From NCBI GenBank assembly GCA_963810725.1, contig CAWEOO010000006.1, positions 481 to 64,480 on the forward strand: a stretch of 64,000 nucleotides of DNA, written 5' to 3'. A program made the translations under genes and the position numbers. Positions 1-8,695 of this stretch are shown here, in pieces; position 1 is the stretch's first letter, and the number at the start of each line of letters is the position of its first letter. The notes under the pieces are model-generated. The model searched no databases. It saw only the letters and a list, made by a program, of their open reading frames with translations, and was not told where the DNA came from. This DNA is from an uncultured Chloroflexia bacterium. GTDB lineage: Bacteria; Chloroflexota; Limnocylindria; Limnocylindrales; CSP1-4.

Positions 1-624
1 TCGACCGAAGACCACCTTGGTGCCGTCCGGGGAGAACGATGGGCTCATCCTCAGGTTCCGGGCTCGACGTGACGCGTGTGGCGCCCGTGCCGTCCGCCCG
101 CATCACGTAGACGTCTCCGTCCCGGACGAAGCGATCGATCCGCCGTCGGGCGACCAGGATGGATACATGTCCGTGCCGGGGTCGGTCGTCAGGCGGATCA
201 CTCCCGTCCCGTCTCCGTCGGCAAGGTAGATATCCCAGTTGCCGTCGACCGAGGCGTGATAGGCGACTTGGCCGGTCGCCGTCGCCGCGTCCGGATCTGC
301 GGAGGCTCCGCCTGGGCGACGGGGAAGGTCGACGGTGGCCAGCGGTGACGGTGCCGTCGACGCCGGTGGGCCTCCCACCCCCGGCGATCGATCGAGCAGG
401 CCGCCGCCGACCATGGCAAGAGCCACGACCACGACCGCCGCCGTGGTGAGTAGCGCGATGTTTCGCGTCATCGAGAAGATCCTCCACTCGAGAGGCGACC
501 CACGACGACGGATCCGACGCGTCTGCTCGAAGGTGTCCTCGAGCAGTCGATCGGGTGCCTGCGGTGGCGCGTCCGAGACGAGCCACGCCGTGATCCGGTC
601 TTCGGGAGTCGCGTTCGTATTCAT
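1..624 (-). pseudogene. Anti-sigma-like membrane protein with C-terminal PD40/TolB-type beta-propeller repeats. The 3' end runs off the window and there are frame breaks near ~150 and ~45.
   Basis: ORF 103-624 starts in an ATGA overlap with the stop of the upstream ECF sigma gene. It has one TM helix (IALLTTAAVVVVALAMVGG). 'DGNWDIYLADGDG' and 'PSWSPDG' are followed, in shifted frames, by 'DGDVYVMRADGTG' and 'PSFSPDGTKVVFGR'. Confidence 0.7.
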
Positions 625-1175
625 GCAGTCCGTCCATCGGTGACGGCAACGGTCGATCGAGCGTCCGCCTCGAGCGCGGCGCGCAGGATCCCCGTCGCGT
701 AATAGACCCGGGACTTCGCTGTTCCTTCCGGGATGCCGACAAGCTCGGCGATCTCATGGAAGGGGAGCCCCAGGTAGTAGTGGAGGACCACGACGACCCG
801 ATGCTCCGGCTTCAGTCGACGGAAGCCGCGCTCGAGCTGTTCGCGGTCGGCAAGGGTGGAACTGCCGTCGGCCTCAGCCGGTTCGGCATGGACAACGCGA
901 ATGTGGGCCTCGAACCGCCGCCGATGGCGTCGCTCGTCGGCGCATGCGTTGACGAGCAGGCGATGCAGCCACGCATCGAAGCGGTCCGGATCCCGGATCT
1001 TGTGCAGGTTTCGCCACGCGTCGATCAGGGCCGACTGGACAGCGTCCTCGGCGTCGTGGGTGTCGCGCAGGATGAGCCGAGCGATGGCGTAGAGCCGATC
1101 GACGGCGGCCGCGGCCAGGACCTCGAATGCCTCGTGGTCCCCGTCCCGTGCCGCCTCGACGAGCTCTCGCTGCAC
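621..1175 (-). CDS. ECF-type RNA polymerase sigma-70 family factor
   Basis: 184 aa with a GTG start. Region 2 matches 'DAEDAVQSALIDAWRNLHKIRDPDRFDAWLHRLLVNA' and region 4 HTH matches 'LPFHEIAELVGIPEGTAKSRVYYA'. Confidence 0.9.
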   Translation of the reverse strand: MQRELVEAARDGDHEAFEVLAAAAVDRLYAIARLILRDTHDAEDAVQSALIDAWRNLHKIRDPDRFDAWLHRLLVNACADERRHRRRFEAHIRVVHAEPAEADGSSTLADREQLERGFRRLKPEHRVVVVLHYYLGLPFHEIAELVGIPEGTAKSRVYYATGILRAALEADARSTVAVTDGRTA

Positions 1176-1320
1176 CGACCGCCTCGTGTTACAGGCCGGT
1201 CGAGATGACCTGCCTTCACTACCTACGACTCGCCTCGATCGTCGCGAGTTCGATCTGTCGTCGGCCGTCGGACGGCCGAATCACGGCGGTGGCCGCGATG
1301 CCGGCCTCAGTCGCCCACCC

Positions 1321-1337
1321 TACAATCGCGGTCGATG
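1321..1337 (+). promoter_or_regulatory. Putative -10 box (TACAAT) 8 nt upstream of the ATG, suggesting a leaderless transcript
   Basis: TACAAT lies at 1321-1326 and the ATG at 1335, with no Shine-Dalgarno between them. The -35 is poor. Confidence 0.3.
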
Positions 1338-1793
1338 CCCGCCACCCTCTTCCCGATCGTTCTCGCCGTCCACATCGGGCTGGCGATCAGCCTGTTCCTG
1401 CCGTCGATCCTGCTGCCGTTCACGCTGCGGAGCCGGCGCGCAGCCGTTGAGTCGGAGAGCGGTGTCGTCCGGTCGCTCCTGTGGGCGCAGTCGCACGGGA
1501 CCGTGGTCATCGGGGCGGGCCTCGCGCTGTCGGGCCTTGCGCTCGTCTCGATCCTGGGGCCGCAGATACTCGAGCAGCCGTGGCTTCTCGTCGCGCTCGT
1601 CATCTACGCGGCGAACCTCGCGATCGCGTTCTTCATCCAGCGGCCCAACTTGCGCCGGCTCGTCGGCATCAAGGCCGCGGCCGACGATGCGGTCTGGAAG
1701 GCGCGTGCCAGGCGCCAGCGCTACGTGTCATACCTGATGGCCGCGCTCGTGGGGTTGATCGGCTTTCTCATGAGCACGAAGCCCTCGTTCTGA
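1335..1793 (+). CDS. Small integral membrane protein with 4 predicted TM helices (DUF2269-like by recollection only)
   Basis: 152 aa with hydrophobic segments PIVLAVHIGLAISLFLPSILL, VVIGAGLALSGLALVSIL, LLVALVIYAANLAIAFFI and LMAALVGLIGFLM. Confidence 0.6.
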   Translation: MPATLFPIVLAVHIGLAISLFLPSILLPFTLRSRRAAVESESGVVRSLLWAQSHGTVVIGAGLALSGLALVSILGPQILEQPWLLVALVIYAANLAIAFFIQRPNLRRLVGIKAAADDAVWKARARRQRYVSYLMAALVGLIGFLMSTKPSF

Positions 1794-1811
1794 GGCGCGA
1801 AGGAGCCCCCG

Positions 1812-2163
1812 ATGTCCACCGCCCCGTGTCTGTTCTGCGGGATCGTCGCCAACGATGCTGCCGGCTACCCGGCTGTACGAGGACGACGAGGTCCTCGCCA
1901 TCCGTGACATCGCCCCGCGAGCCCCGACCCACATCCTGCTCATCTCGCGCCGGCACATCGGCTCTGCCCTGGAGCTGACCGACGCCGATGGCCCGCTGCT
2001 CGGCCGGATGTTCGCGGTGGCCGCGGACCTCGCGCGGTCTGAAGGGATCGCCGACGACGGCTATCGACTCGTCTCGAACGTCGGTCGCTGGGGCGGCCAG
2101 TCGGTCGATCACCTGCACATCCACCTGATGGGTGGCCGCGCCTTCACATGGCCTCCAGGGTGA
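1812..2163 (+). pseudogene. HIT (histidine triad) family protein with one frame break near ~1850
   Basis: GAAGGAG RBS at 1798-1804 and ATG at 1812 give 'MSTAPCLFCGIVAND'. The rest is in the frame of ORF 1855-2163 ('RLYEDDEVLAIRDIAPRAPTHILLI ... HLHIHLMGG', the HxHxHxx motif). Confidence 0.8.
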
Positions 2164-2743
2164 GTGGAGGGACGTCGCCGGCGTCCGGCCGCAGCCGCCG
2201 GCCGCGGTTCGTTGCAGCGGCGGCGTTCGTCGTCGCGAGCATGCTCGCCGGGTGCACTCCCGGCGGTGGCCCGACCCTCGCCACGTTCCCGGCCGGCACG
2301 CTCGGGCCGGCGAGGACGGTCGGGCCGAGCGTCGCCCAGACGCGCATCGAGCTCGTCCGCGTCCTTGGGGAGCGCAATCTCGTGCTCCGCGACACGGAGA
2401 CTCCATTCCGCCCGCCGGAGGACGTGACGTTCACGACGACGCCGCGAGCCGTCTACCAGGTCGTCCTGCCGAATGCCCCCACCGAAGGCTTCATCGTCGT
2501 CTACGAGTTCCCCGATGCGACCGCGGCAGCCGAGGCCGCCGCGGACCAGGCGGCGTACCTCGCAAGCGGCCCCGCGCGCGTCCAGGTGCCGTTCGGCGCG
2601 CGGCACATCATGCGGCTCGTCGGATCGACGGTCGTCCTCTACTCGTGGGTGCCCGAGGGCGTCGCTGACGAGCGACAGCCGCGACATCCAGCCGGCGCTC
2701 GAGACGCTCGGTACCGGGGTGCCGGCCCGTCAAGCGGCACTGA
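2148..2743 (+). CDS. Putative lipoprotein; 3' end uncertain
   Basis: Signal plus lipobox 'AAAFVVASMLAGCTPGG'. The ORF as drawn runs on to 3104, antisense to the acyl-CoA ligase, which looks like a GC artefact. A plausible alternative C-terminus ('DIQPALETLGTGVPA') sits in another frame. Confidence 0.45.
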
Positions 2744-4416
2744 GTGGCGCGTCGGCCGCAGGCTGGTGCCCCGCGCCGGTCAGGCCGCCAGTCCGCCGCG
2801 GGGCGCTCGCCGTCAGCGACGCCCAGCGGCGGACTCGGGATACGCGCTTGACCTTGAGCGTGTGCGTCCGGGGGAAGTCCTCGTCCGGCCACTGGCGCCA
2901 GCCCGCGATGCGCTGGTTCGGGCCCAGGCTGGCATTCGCGGCCTTGACCGCGGCGCCGACCCGTGTGCCCGTCGGCGTCCGCGCTCTCGCCGTCGAGGCC
3001 GAGCACGACCGCCTCGATCCGACCGGGCTCGGTCTCGAGGACCACGGCGTCGCGGATGCCGGCGATCCGGAGCGCGTTCTCGATGTCCTCGGGATATACG
3101 TTGAACCCGTTGGGCAGCACGATCATGTCCTTGATCCGACCGCTGAGGATCAGCCGGCCGGCCGCATCGAAGTGGCCCAGATCGCCGGTCTGGTACCAGC
3201 CGTCGTCCGTGAAGGCCCCGGCCGTCAGCTCGGGCGCGTTCCAGTAGCCCTTGAAGATGGAGCGGCCCCGGAACTGGATCTCGCCGCCTTCGACGATCCG
3301 CATCTGGATCCCTTCGGGCGTCCGTCCCACCGTGCCCGGCCCATGGTCGTCGAGGGTCGTGCACGCCCCGGTCCCCGTCTCGGTGGTGCCGTAGCCCTGG
3401 AGGACGGTGACGCCGAGGTCCTCCCAGGACTGCTGCAGCGACGGCGGCAGGAACGCCCCCGATGACAGGAACAGACGGAAGTGCCCGCCGAGCTGCGCGT
3501 GGACGCTGCGGAACAGCAGGCGCCGGAGCACGAACGGCAAGCGTCGCGCGATGCCGCGCAGTCGATCGACCGTCGCGCGGCGGCCGCGCTTGTCGATCTC
3601 GCGCTCGATGGCGCTCCAGAACAGGTCCAGGATCTGCGGAACGACCACCATCGAGGTCACCCGGTGCTCGCGCAGCGCATCGAAGATGACCCGCGGGTTC
3701 CGGCTCCGGACATACAGGATGTCCGCCCCGACATCGAGCGCGTAGTACAGCCCGACCGCCTGCTCGAGCAGGTGCGACAGGGGCAGCAGCGAGACGAGCC
3801 GGTGCTCCATCGGCGGGACGATGTGGTGGAACGACTCGATCGACGCCGCCACGTTGTCGTGGGTGAGCATCACGCCCTTGGGCGTGCCGGTCGTGCCGCT
3901 CGTGAAGATGAGCTGGAATACCTCCTCGGGCTCGGGGCGCTTCCAGGCGGCCTGGCGCGCCTCCCAGTCGGGCGTGAAGAGCGGATCGTCCGGCCCGGGC
4001 TCGGCCGAGAGGGCCTCGACGGTCGTCGTCGGGAAGTCGGCCAGGCCCGCCGCGGCGGGGTCGGGGGCGTCGCGGCCCGTCCCCAGGATCAGGTGGCGCG
4101 CCCCGGACGCGCGGACGATGGTCGCGACGGCGTCCGCAGACATGCGCAGGTCGAGCGGCACGATCACGACCCGAGCGTGCATCGCCCCGAAGTAGGCGGC
4201 CGGCAGCTCCGGGCTCGATGGGCTCCACGTCAGGATCCGGTCGCCGGGCTCCAGGTCAAGAGCTCGCAGCCGCCACGCGGCGATCCTGGAGCGACGATCG
4301 AGGTCGCGGTACGACCAATGCGCCCCAGCGCCGTCCTCGAGCCGGATGCCGAGGGCGGGGCGGTCGCCGAAGCGGGTCACGGCGCGCTCGAGCAGGTCGA
4401 TCAGGGTCGCTGGCAC
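2730..4416 (-). pseudogene. Long-chain fatty-acid--CoA ligase (AMP-binding family) with a frame break near ~2965
   Basis: AMP-binding motif 'IFTSGTTGTPKGV' and 'GYGTTE'. The conserved C-terminus 'TRVGAAVKAANASLGPNQRIAGWRQWPDEDFPRTHTLKVKR' is only readable in a third frame that ends at 2730. Confidence 0.85.
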
Positions 4417-4556
4417 GGGTTGCGGTCCTCGGGCGGGTCATCGAATGCTACGACGACGCCGTCGGGCGCCATCGCGTGACAGCGCAGCACGGCAGCGGGC
4501 TACCATCCCCCCATCGCGCCCGGCGCTGACGTCGACTCGCGGAGGTTGGCTGGCGG

Positions 4557-5414
4557 ATGCACCCGGTCCTGGGGCAGGTGGGCCCCGTCACGATCCTGAC
4601 CCACGACGCGTTCACCGTCCTGGCCCTCATCGTGGGCCTGTCGATCTACTACCGCGAGCTGGCGCGGCGGGGTTGGCTCGACACGCGGATCGTGTGGATC
4701 TCGCTCACGGCGGTCGTCGCCGGGGCGATCGGCGCCCGGACGATCACGGCCTGGGAACACGTCGAGTACTACACGGCCCTCGAGGGCGTGCCGCTGAGCG
4801 TGGCGATCGAGAACAGCGGCAAGAGCCTGATCGGCGCGCTGGCCGGGGGCTATCTCGGGACGGTGCTGGCGAAGCGGGCCTTCGGGTACACGCGCTCGAC
4901 CGGTGACTGCTACGTCCTCGCGATCCCCGTCGCCGACGCCATCGGACGAGTCGGATGCTTCCTCTCGGAGCTGCCGCTCGGGACGCCCACGACGCTGCCG
5001 TGGGGCGTGTCCGTGTCGGCCGAGGCGGCGGCGGCATTCGCTCGCTGTCCCGGGTGCGAGCTGCCGATGCACCCCTCGATGCTGTACGAGATCGTCTTCA
5101 ACCTCGTGGCCGTTGCGCTGATCGTCCGTTACCGCGCTCGCGTCCCGATCGTCGGCGACACGCTGAAGCTGTACCTGCTGGCTGCCGGCATCTTCCGCTT
5201 CTTCGTCGAGTTCGTCCGGGGCAACGAGCCACAGGCCCTGGGCCTCACCGGTCCGCAGTGGGTGCTGATCCCGCTGGTCGGGCTGCTCGTCGCCCACTTC
5301 GCCCGCCAGTGGTCGCGGGATACGTGGCGGGTCCCGGTCCCGCCGGGCGGCGAGGACCTCGTGGCGAGCACCGTTCGAGTCGATGGCCGAGCAGCAGGGA
5401 GGACCGCACCATGA
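4557..5414 (+). CDS. lgt: Prolipoprotein diacylglyceryl transferase family protein (divergent motif)
   Basis: 285 aa multi-TM protein. 'GRVGCFLSELPLG' aligns to E. coli 'GRLGNFINGELWG', 'HPSMLYE' to 'HPSQLYE', and 'FFVEFVRGNE' to 'IIVEFFRQPD'. Confidence 0.75.
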   Translation: MHPVLGQVGPVTILTHDAFTVLALIVGLSIYYRELARRGWLDTRIVWISLTAVVAGAIGARTITAWEHVEYYTALEGVPLSVAIENSGKSLIGALAGGYLGTVLAKRAFGYTRSTGDCYVLAIPVADAIGRVGCFLSELPLGTPTTLPWGVSVSAEAAAAFARCPGCELPMHPSMLYEIVFNLVAVALIVRYRARVPIVGDTLKLYLLAAGIFRFFVEFVRGNEPQALGLTGPQWVLIPLVGLLVAHFARQWSRDTWRVPVPPGGEDLVASTVRVDGRAAGRTAP

Positions 5415-5935
5415 CGGAACCGCCGGAGGAACGGAAGCCCAAGGATCCCTCGACCTGGATCGGAGAGACGAGCGATCGCGTCGCGTCGCTGAGCGAGTAT
5501 TTCCTGGCGGGCGCCGAGCGTTACTCGCCCGAGGCCCTGCGCCAGGCGGCAAGCGATTCCGGCTACACCCCAGAGGAGGTTGACGAGGCCTACCGTCGCG
5601 CGGCCAAGCGCCAGCGGGACGAGGAGCTGGCACGTCCGGTCCGCAGAGGTGCGCTCTGGATCGTCCTTGCGGTCTACGTGCTCGTGTACGCAGTGCTTGG
5701 CTGGGCACTACTAAGTGGATTGGAGAACCGGTACGGGACGGCAACCATCTCGCTGGGCGTGCTGACCTTCGTGCTCCTCCTTGCGCTTCTGATCTCGGTC
5801 AATTGGGTACGAGGCCGGCATCCATCGGCCGAGCAACTGCAGGGCGCGATGCTGACGATGCTGTCCGTGCCGCTCGTCCTTCTCGGATCCGTGGCCGGCC
5901 TGTGCATCGCCACGACACGACCATTTGGCCAGTGA
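5411..5935 (+). CDS. Membrane protein of unknown function, paralogue A (soluble N-terminal helical motif plus 4 TM)
   Basis: Its ATG sits in an ATGA overlap with the lgt stop. N-terminal 'RVASLSEYFLAGAERYSPEALRQAASDSGYTPEEVDEAY' is followed by hydrophobic helices. Confidence 0.65.
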   Translation: MTEPPEERKPKDPSTWIGETSDRVASLSEYFLAGAERYSPEALRQAASDSGYTPEEVDEAYRRAAKRQRDEELARPVRRGALWIVLAVYVLVYAVLGWALLSGLENRYGTATISLGVLTFVLLLALLISVNWVRGRHPSAEQLQGAMLTMLSVPLVLLGSVAGLCIATTRPFGQ

Positions 5936-6473
5936 CGACTTGAACGACGACAGCGGCTCGCCCGACCCGAGGACTCCGGCGCCGTCCCCGACGCCGGATC
6001 CAACCGCGGGCACCGGGGGCCAGCCGGACCGAGATGCTCGCGTCATCGCGCTCGCCGAGTACGTGCGGGCCAACCGCGACGCCTTCACCGAGGACGCGCT
6101 CCGCCGAGCGGCTGCCGATGCCGGATACGACGAGCGCGAGATCGCGGCCGCCTGGGCGGTATCCGCCGAGCCGGTCCGCGGACGCCGGTCGAACGCGAGG
6201 GCAGTCTTCATCGTCATCGGCTACTTCGTCGGCGTGTTCGTGGTGGCAACCGTTCTCTCGGCCATTCCCGAGACGAGCATCATGGGGCTGCCGGCGATTG
6301 GGATCGGGCTCCTGGGTGCGATCTTCGCCTGGCTCACGCTCCGGGATTCGAACCCGGCCTTGGCCGAGGCATTCCGGATCGCGGTGATCATCATCGTCGT
6401 GCTACCAGCCGTCCTGGCGCTCGTGGCGTTGGGCGTTTGCGTCGTGTTGATCGCGGGGTTCCGCGTCGCGTGA
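5925..6473 (+). CDS. Membrane protein of unknown function, paralogue B
   Basis: 'RVIALAEYVRANRDAFTEDALRRAAADAGYDEREIAAAW' aligns to paralogue A, and 4 TM helices follow. The start (TTG 5925 or TTG 5940) is uncertain. It overlaps the end of paralogue A. Confidence 0.6.
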   Translation: MASDDLNDDSGSPDPRTPAPSPTPDPTAGTGGQPDRDARVIALAEYVRANRDAFTEDALRRAAADAGYDEREIAAAWAVSAEPVRGRRSNARAVFIVIGYFVGVFVVATVLSAIPETSIMGLPAIGIGLLGAIFAWLTLRDSNPALAEAFRIAVIIIVVLPAVLALVALGVCVVLIAGFRVA

Positions 6474-6494
6474 CCCGCAGGAGGAGAGGCTGAC

Positions 6495-8060
6495 ATGCTC
6501 GCACTGCGCCCGTACATGCCGCTGCGGATGGTCCTGACCGTCTGTGGCCACTGCTTCAGCGACGACCCGGACCGCGAGATCGACTACGAGACCGACATCC
6601 TCCAGGGCAACCTCGTCGCCATGGATGGGGCGGTCTACCTGCGCCGGATCTGCCGACGCGGGCACGGCGAGGTCGTGAGCCTGTACGAAGAGGACCACGG
6701 CCGCTGGGAGTACCTCCAGCAATGGCGCACGCCGACCCGCCAGATCATCCCCGACACGCCCGGCAACGCGGCGCCCATCCCGATGGCGTACGCCGACGGC
6801 CTGGGCGACCTGCAGACCCAGCACTCGTGCGTCCTGCTGCTCGATATCACCGAGAACTGCAACCTCGAATGCCCGACCTGCTTCGCGGCCGCCGCTCCGG
6901 GGATCGGGCGGTTCGCGCGGCTGCCGCACCTCCTGCGTTCGCTCGACACGGCGATCGAGCGCGAGGGTGGCCGGGTCGACGTCCTGATGCTGTCGGGCGG
7001 CGAGCCGACGGTCCACCCAGAGGTCCTCGAGATCATCGAGGCGGCCACGGAGCGCAACGTGACCCGGGTCATCCTCAATACGAACGGGGTACGGATCGCG
7101 AAGGACGACCGGTTCGTGTCTGCCCTGGGCCGGCTGCGTGGCCGCGTGGAGGTCTACCTCCAGTTCGACGGGTTCGAGCTGGACTCGCACCTGTTCCACC
7201 GGGGCGAGGACCTGCGCGGCGTCAAAGCCGATGCCCTCCGGAGGCTCGCCGCGGAGCGCGTGTTCACGACGCTGGCCGTCGCCGTGGCCGACGGCGTCAA
7301 CGACCACGAGGTCGGCGCGATCGCCGACTTCGCCCTCGACACCGACTACATCGCGGGCGTCGCGTTCCAGCCGGTCTTCGGATCCGGCCGGGCCAATCCC
7401 ATCGATCCGATGCGACGCGTGACGACGACCGGCACACTCAATCGACTCGGCGAGCAGACCGCGGACCGGGTCGGGCCGGACGACTTCATCGCGCTGCCCT
7501 GCTCGCATCCCGATTGCTCCTCGATCACGTACTTCGTGCGCGGCGACAGCGGGGAGTGGCGGTCCGTGCCGAAGATGCTCGGGACCGACCGGCTCAAGGA
7601 GTACCTGGGCCTCGTCTCGAACCGCATCGCCCCCGACGATGCGATGTGGACGGCCCTCGTCGGGATGATGTCCGAGACGACGCTCGTGTCACGTCCCGAG
7701 CTCGTCGATCACCTGCTCCGGGTCTGCGATGCCTGCGACCTGGGGGTGAGCGGCTTCCTCAAGAGCCTGGGCCGTTGGATGTTCGATCGGGAGGCGGCCG
7801 TGGAGGAGATCGCCCTCCGGGTCAAGCGCTTCTCCGTCAAGTCGTTCATGGACGCGTGGACCCTGAATGTTGAGCGGCTCCAGCAGTGCTGCGTGCACGT
7901 CGGCTCGATCGACGGTGAGGCCAACCCGGTGCGGGTCCCGTTCTGCGCCCGGCAGCTGTTCGGTGGCCTCCGGCGCACTACGTCGGCCGGCATGGTCCCG
8001 GCGCGCGAGCTCGTCCTCCTCGACGACGTGCGCGGCCGGCGCGCGGCGGCCCCCTCGTGA
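6495..8060 (+). CDS. Radical SAM enzyme with MJ0619/Tes (GDGT-MAS)-like architecture; function unknown
   Basis: 521 aa with a strong RBS AGGAGGAG at 6479-6486. It has the 'ITENCNLECPTCFA' CxxxCxxC cluster, 'LSGGEPTV', an N-terminal Cys/His knuckle 'CGHC...CRRGHG', and C-terminal 'CSHPDC', 'CDAC' and 'FMDAWTLNVERLQQCCVHV...FCARQ'. Confidence 0.85.
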   Translation: MLALRPYMPLRMVLTVCGHCFSDDPDREIDYETDILQGNLVAMDGAVYLRRICRRGHGEVVSLYEEDHGRWEYLQQWRTPTRQIIPDTPGNAAPIPMAYADGLGDLQTQHSCVLLLDITENCNLECPTCFAAAAPGIGRFARLPHLLRSLDTAIEREGGRVDVLMLSGGEPTVHPEVLEIIEAATERNVTRVILNTNGVRIAKDDRFVSALGRLRGRVEVYLQFDGFELDSHLFHRGEDLRGVKADALRRLAAERVFTTLAVAVADGVNDHEVGAIADFALDTDYIAGVAFQPVFGSGRANPIDPMRRVTTTGTLNRLGEQTADRVGPDDFIALPCSHPDCSSITYFVRGDSGEWRSVPKMLGTDRLKEYLGLVSNRIAPDDAMWTALVGMMSETTLVSRPELVDHLLRVCDACDLGVSGFLKSLGRWMFDREAAVEEIALRVKRFSVKSFMDAWTLNVERLQQCCVHVGSIDGEANPVRVPFCARQLFGGLRRTTSAGMVPARELVLLDDVRGRRAAAPS

Positions 8061-8377
8061 GCGCCGTCAGCCCGGTCGGCCCCGGGACCTACGTCCGCCC
8101 GCCGCTGACGCGGCCGGAGAAGTACGAGCGGTTGGCGTTCACGTTCTGCCGCATGGGGACGGTGGGCCTGATCGCCTGGCTCGTCGGGCCGGCCATCTTC
8201 GTGCTCGCCGTCGCGATCGTGGCGATCGTGCTGTACGGCCGGGCCATGAGCCTCGGGGTCGGCTGGTCGAAGTGCTTCCTGCGCCGTCCCACGCTGATCA
8301 TCGGGTTCTGGGCGGTCGTGGCCGTCGTCGACGCGTACTGGATCTTGGCGCTCGGCCAGCGGCTGCCGACCGCGTAG
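8057..8377 (+). CDS. Small 3-TM membrane protein, translationally coupled to the radical SAM gene
   Basis: GTGA start/stop overlap at 8057-8060. 106 aa with helices 'VGLIAWLVGPAIFVLAVAIVAIVLY' and 'LIIGFWAVVAVVDAYWILAL'. Confidence 0.6.
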   Translation: MSAVSPVGPGTYVRPPLTRPEKYERLAFTFCRMGTVGLIAWLVGPAIFVLAVAIVAIVLYGRAMSLGVGWSKCFLRRPTLIIGFWAVVAVVDAYWILALGQRLPTA

Positions 8378-8421
8378 CCGGCCCGACGAGCGACCGTGGA
8401 GCCCGTGCCGACCCACCGATC

Positions 8422-8458
8422 GTCCGCCAAATGCCCCTGCTGGGAGCATTAGGCGGAC
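8422..8458 (+). terminator. Strong hairpin downstream of the lgt-to-8377 operon (no clear U-tract)
   Basis: GTCCGCCAAATGC (8422-8434) pairs with GCATTAGGCGGAC (8446-8458) at 12 of 13 positions, and CCC/GGG pairs inside the loop. It lies 45 nt after the stop at 8377. Confidence 0.45.
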
Positions 8459-8665
8459 TCTCGTGCCGTGACCGCCTCTCTTGCCCTCGATCCACGCCCG
8501 GCGGGCTGCTCCTTGAGCGTGACGCGCGACCCAACGGTTCGGATCGAGGGAGGCCGCGGTCGGATACACCGCCGTACGCTCCCCCGGCGAGCATTTGGCG
8601 CAGATACGGCGGCAATTTGGCCGAAACGTGGCGGCAACCTGCGCGCGCGAGGCTCGCCCGAACGT

Positions 8666-8695
8666 TTGACCCAGCCTGAGACCCTCGGGTAGACT
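8666..8695 (+). promoter_or_regulatory. Sigma-70-like promoter for rpsU (TTGACC-18 nt-TAGACT)
   Basis: TTGACC at 8666-8671 and TAGACT at 8690-8695, about 100 nt upstream of the rpsU start. Confidence 0.45.

Noticed and set aside
2744-3104. The continuation of ORF 2148-3104 (318 aa), and ORF 2473-3465, as real coding sequence.
   Set aside because: This part is antisense to the well-supported acyl-CoA ligase C-terminal domain and reads as Arg/Pro-rich filler. The lipoprotein most likely ends near the convergent ligase stop.
6330-6357. Minus-strand sequence CCGGGTTCGAATCCCGG-AGCGTGA-G-CCA, which looks like a tRNA T-arm followed by an acceptor 3' strand, discriminator base and CCA.
   Set aside because: No complementary 5' acceptor strand (TCACGCT), D-arm or anticodon stem exists in the preceding ~50 nt. 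The segment lies inside a good membrane-protein CDS (encoding LRDSNPA), so I treat it as a coincidence.
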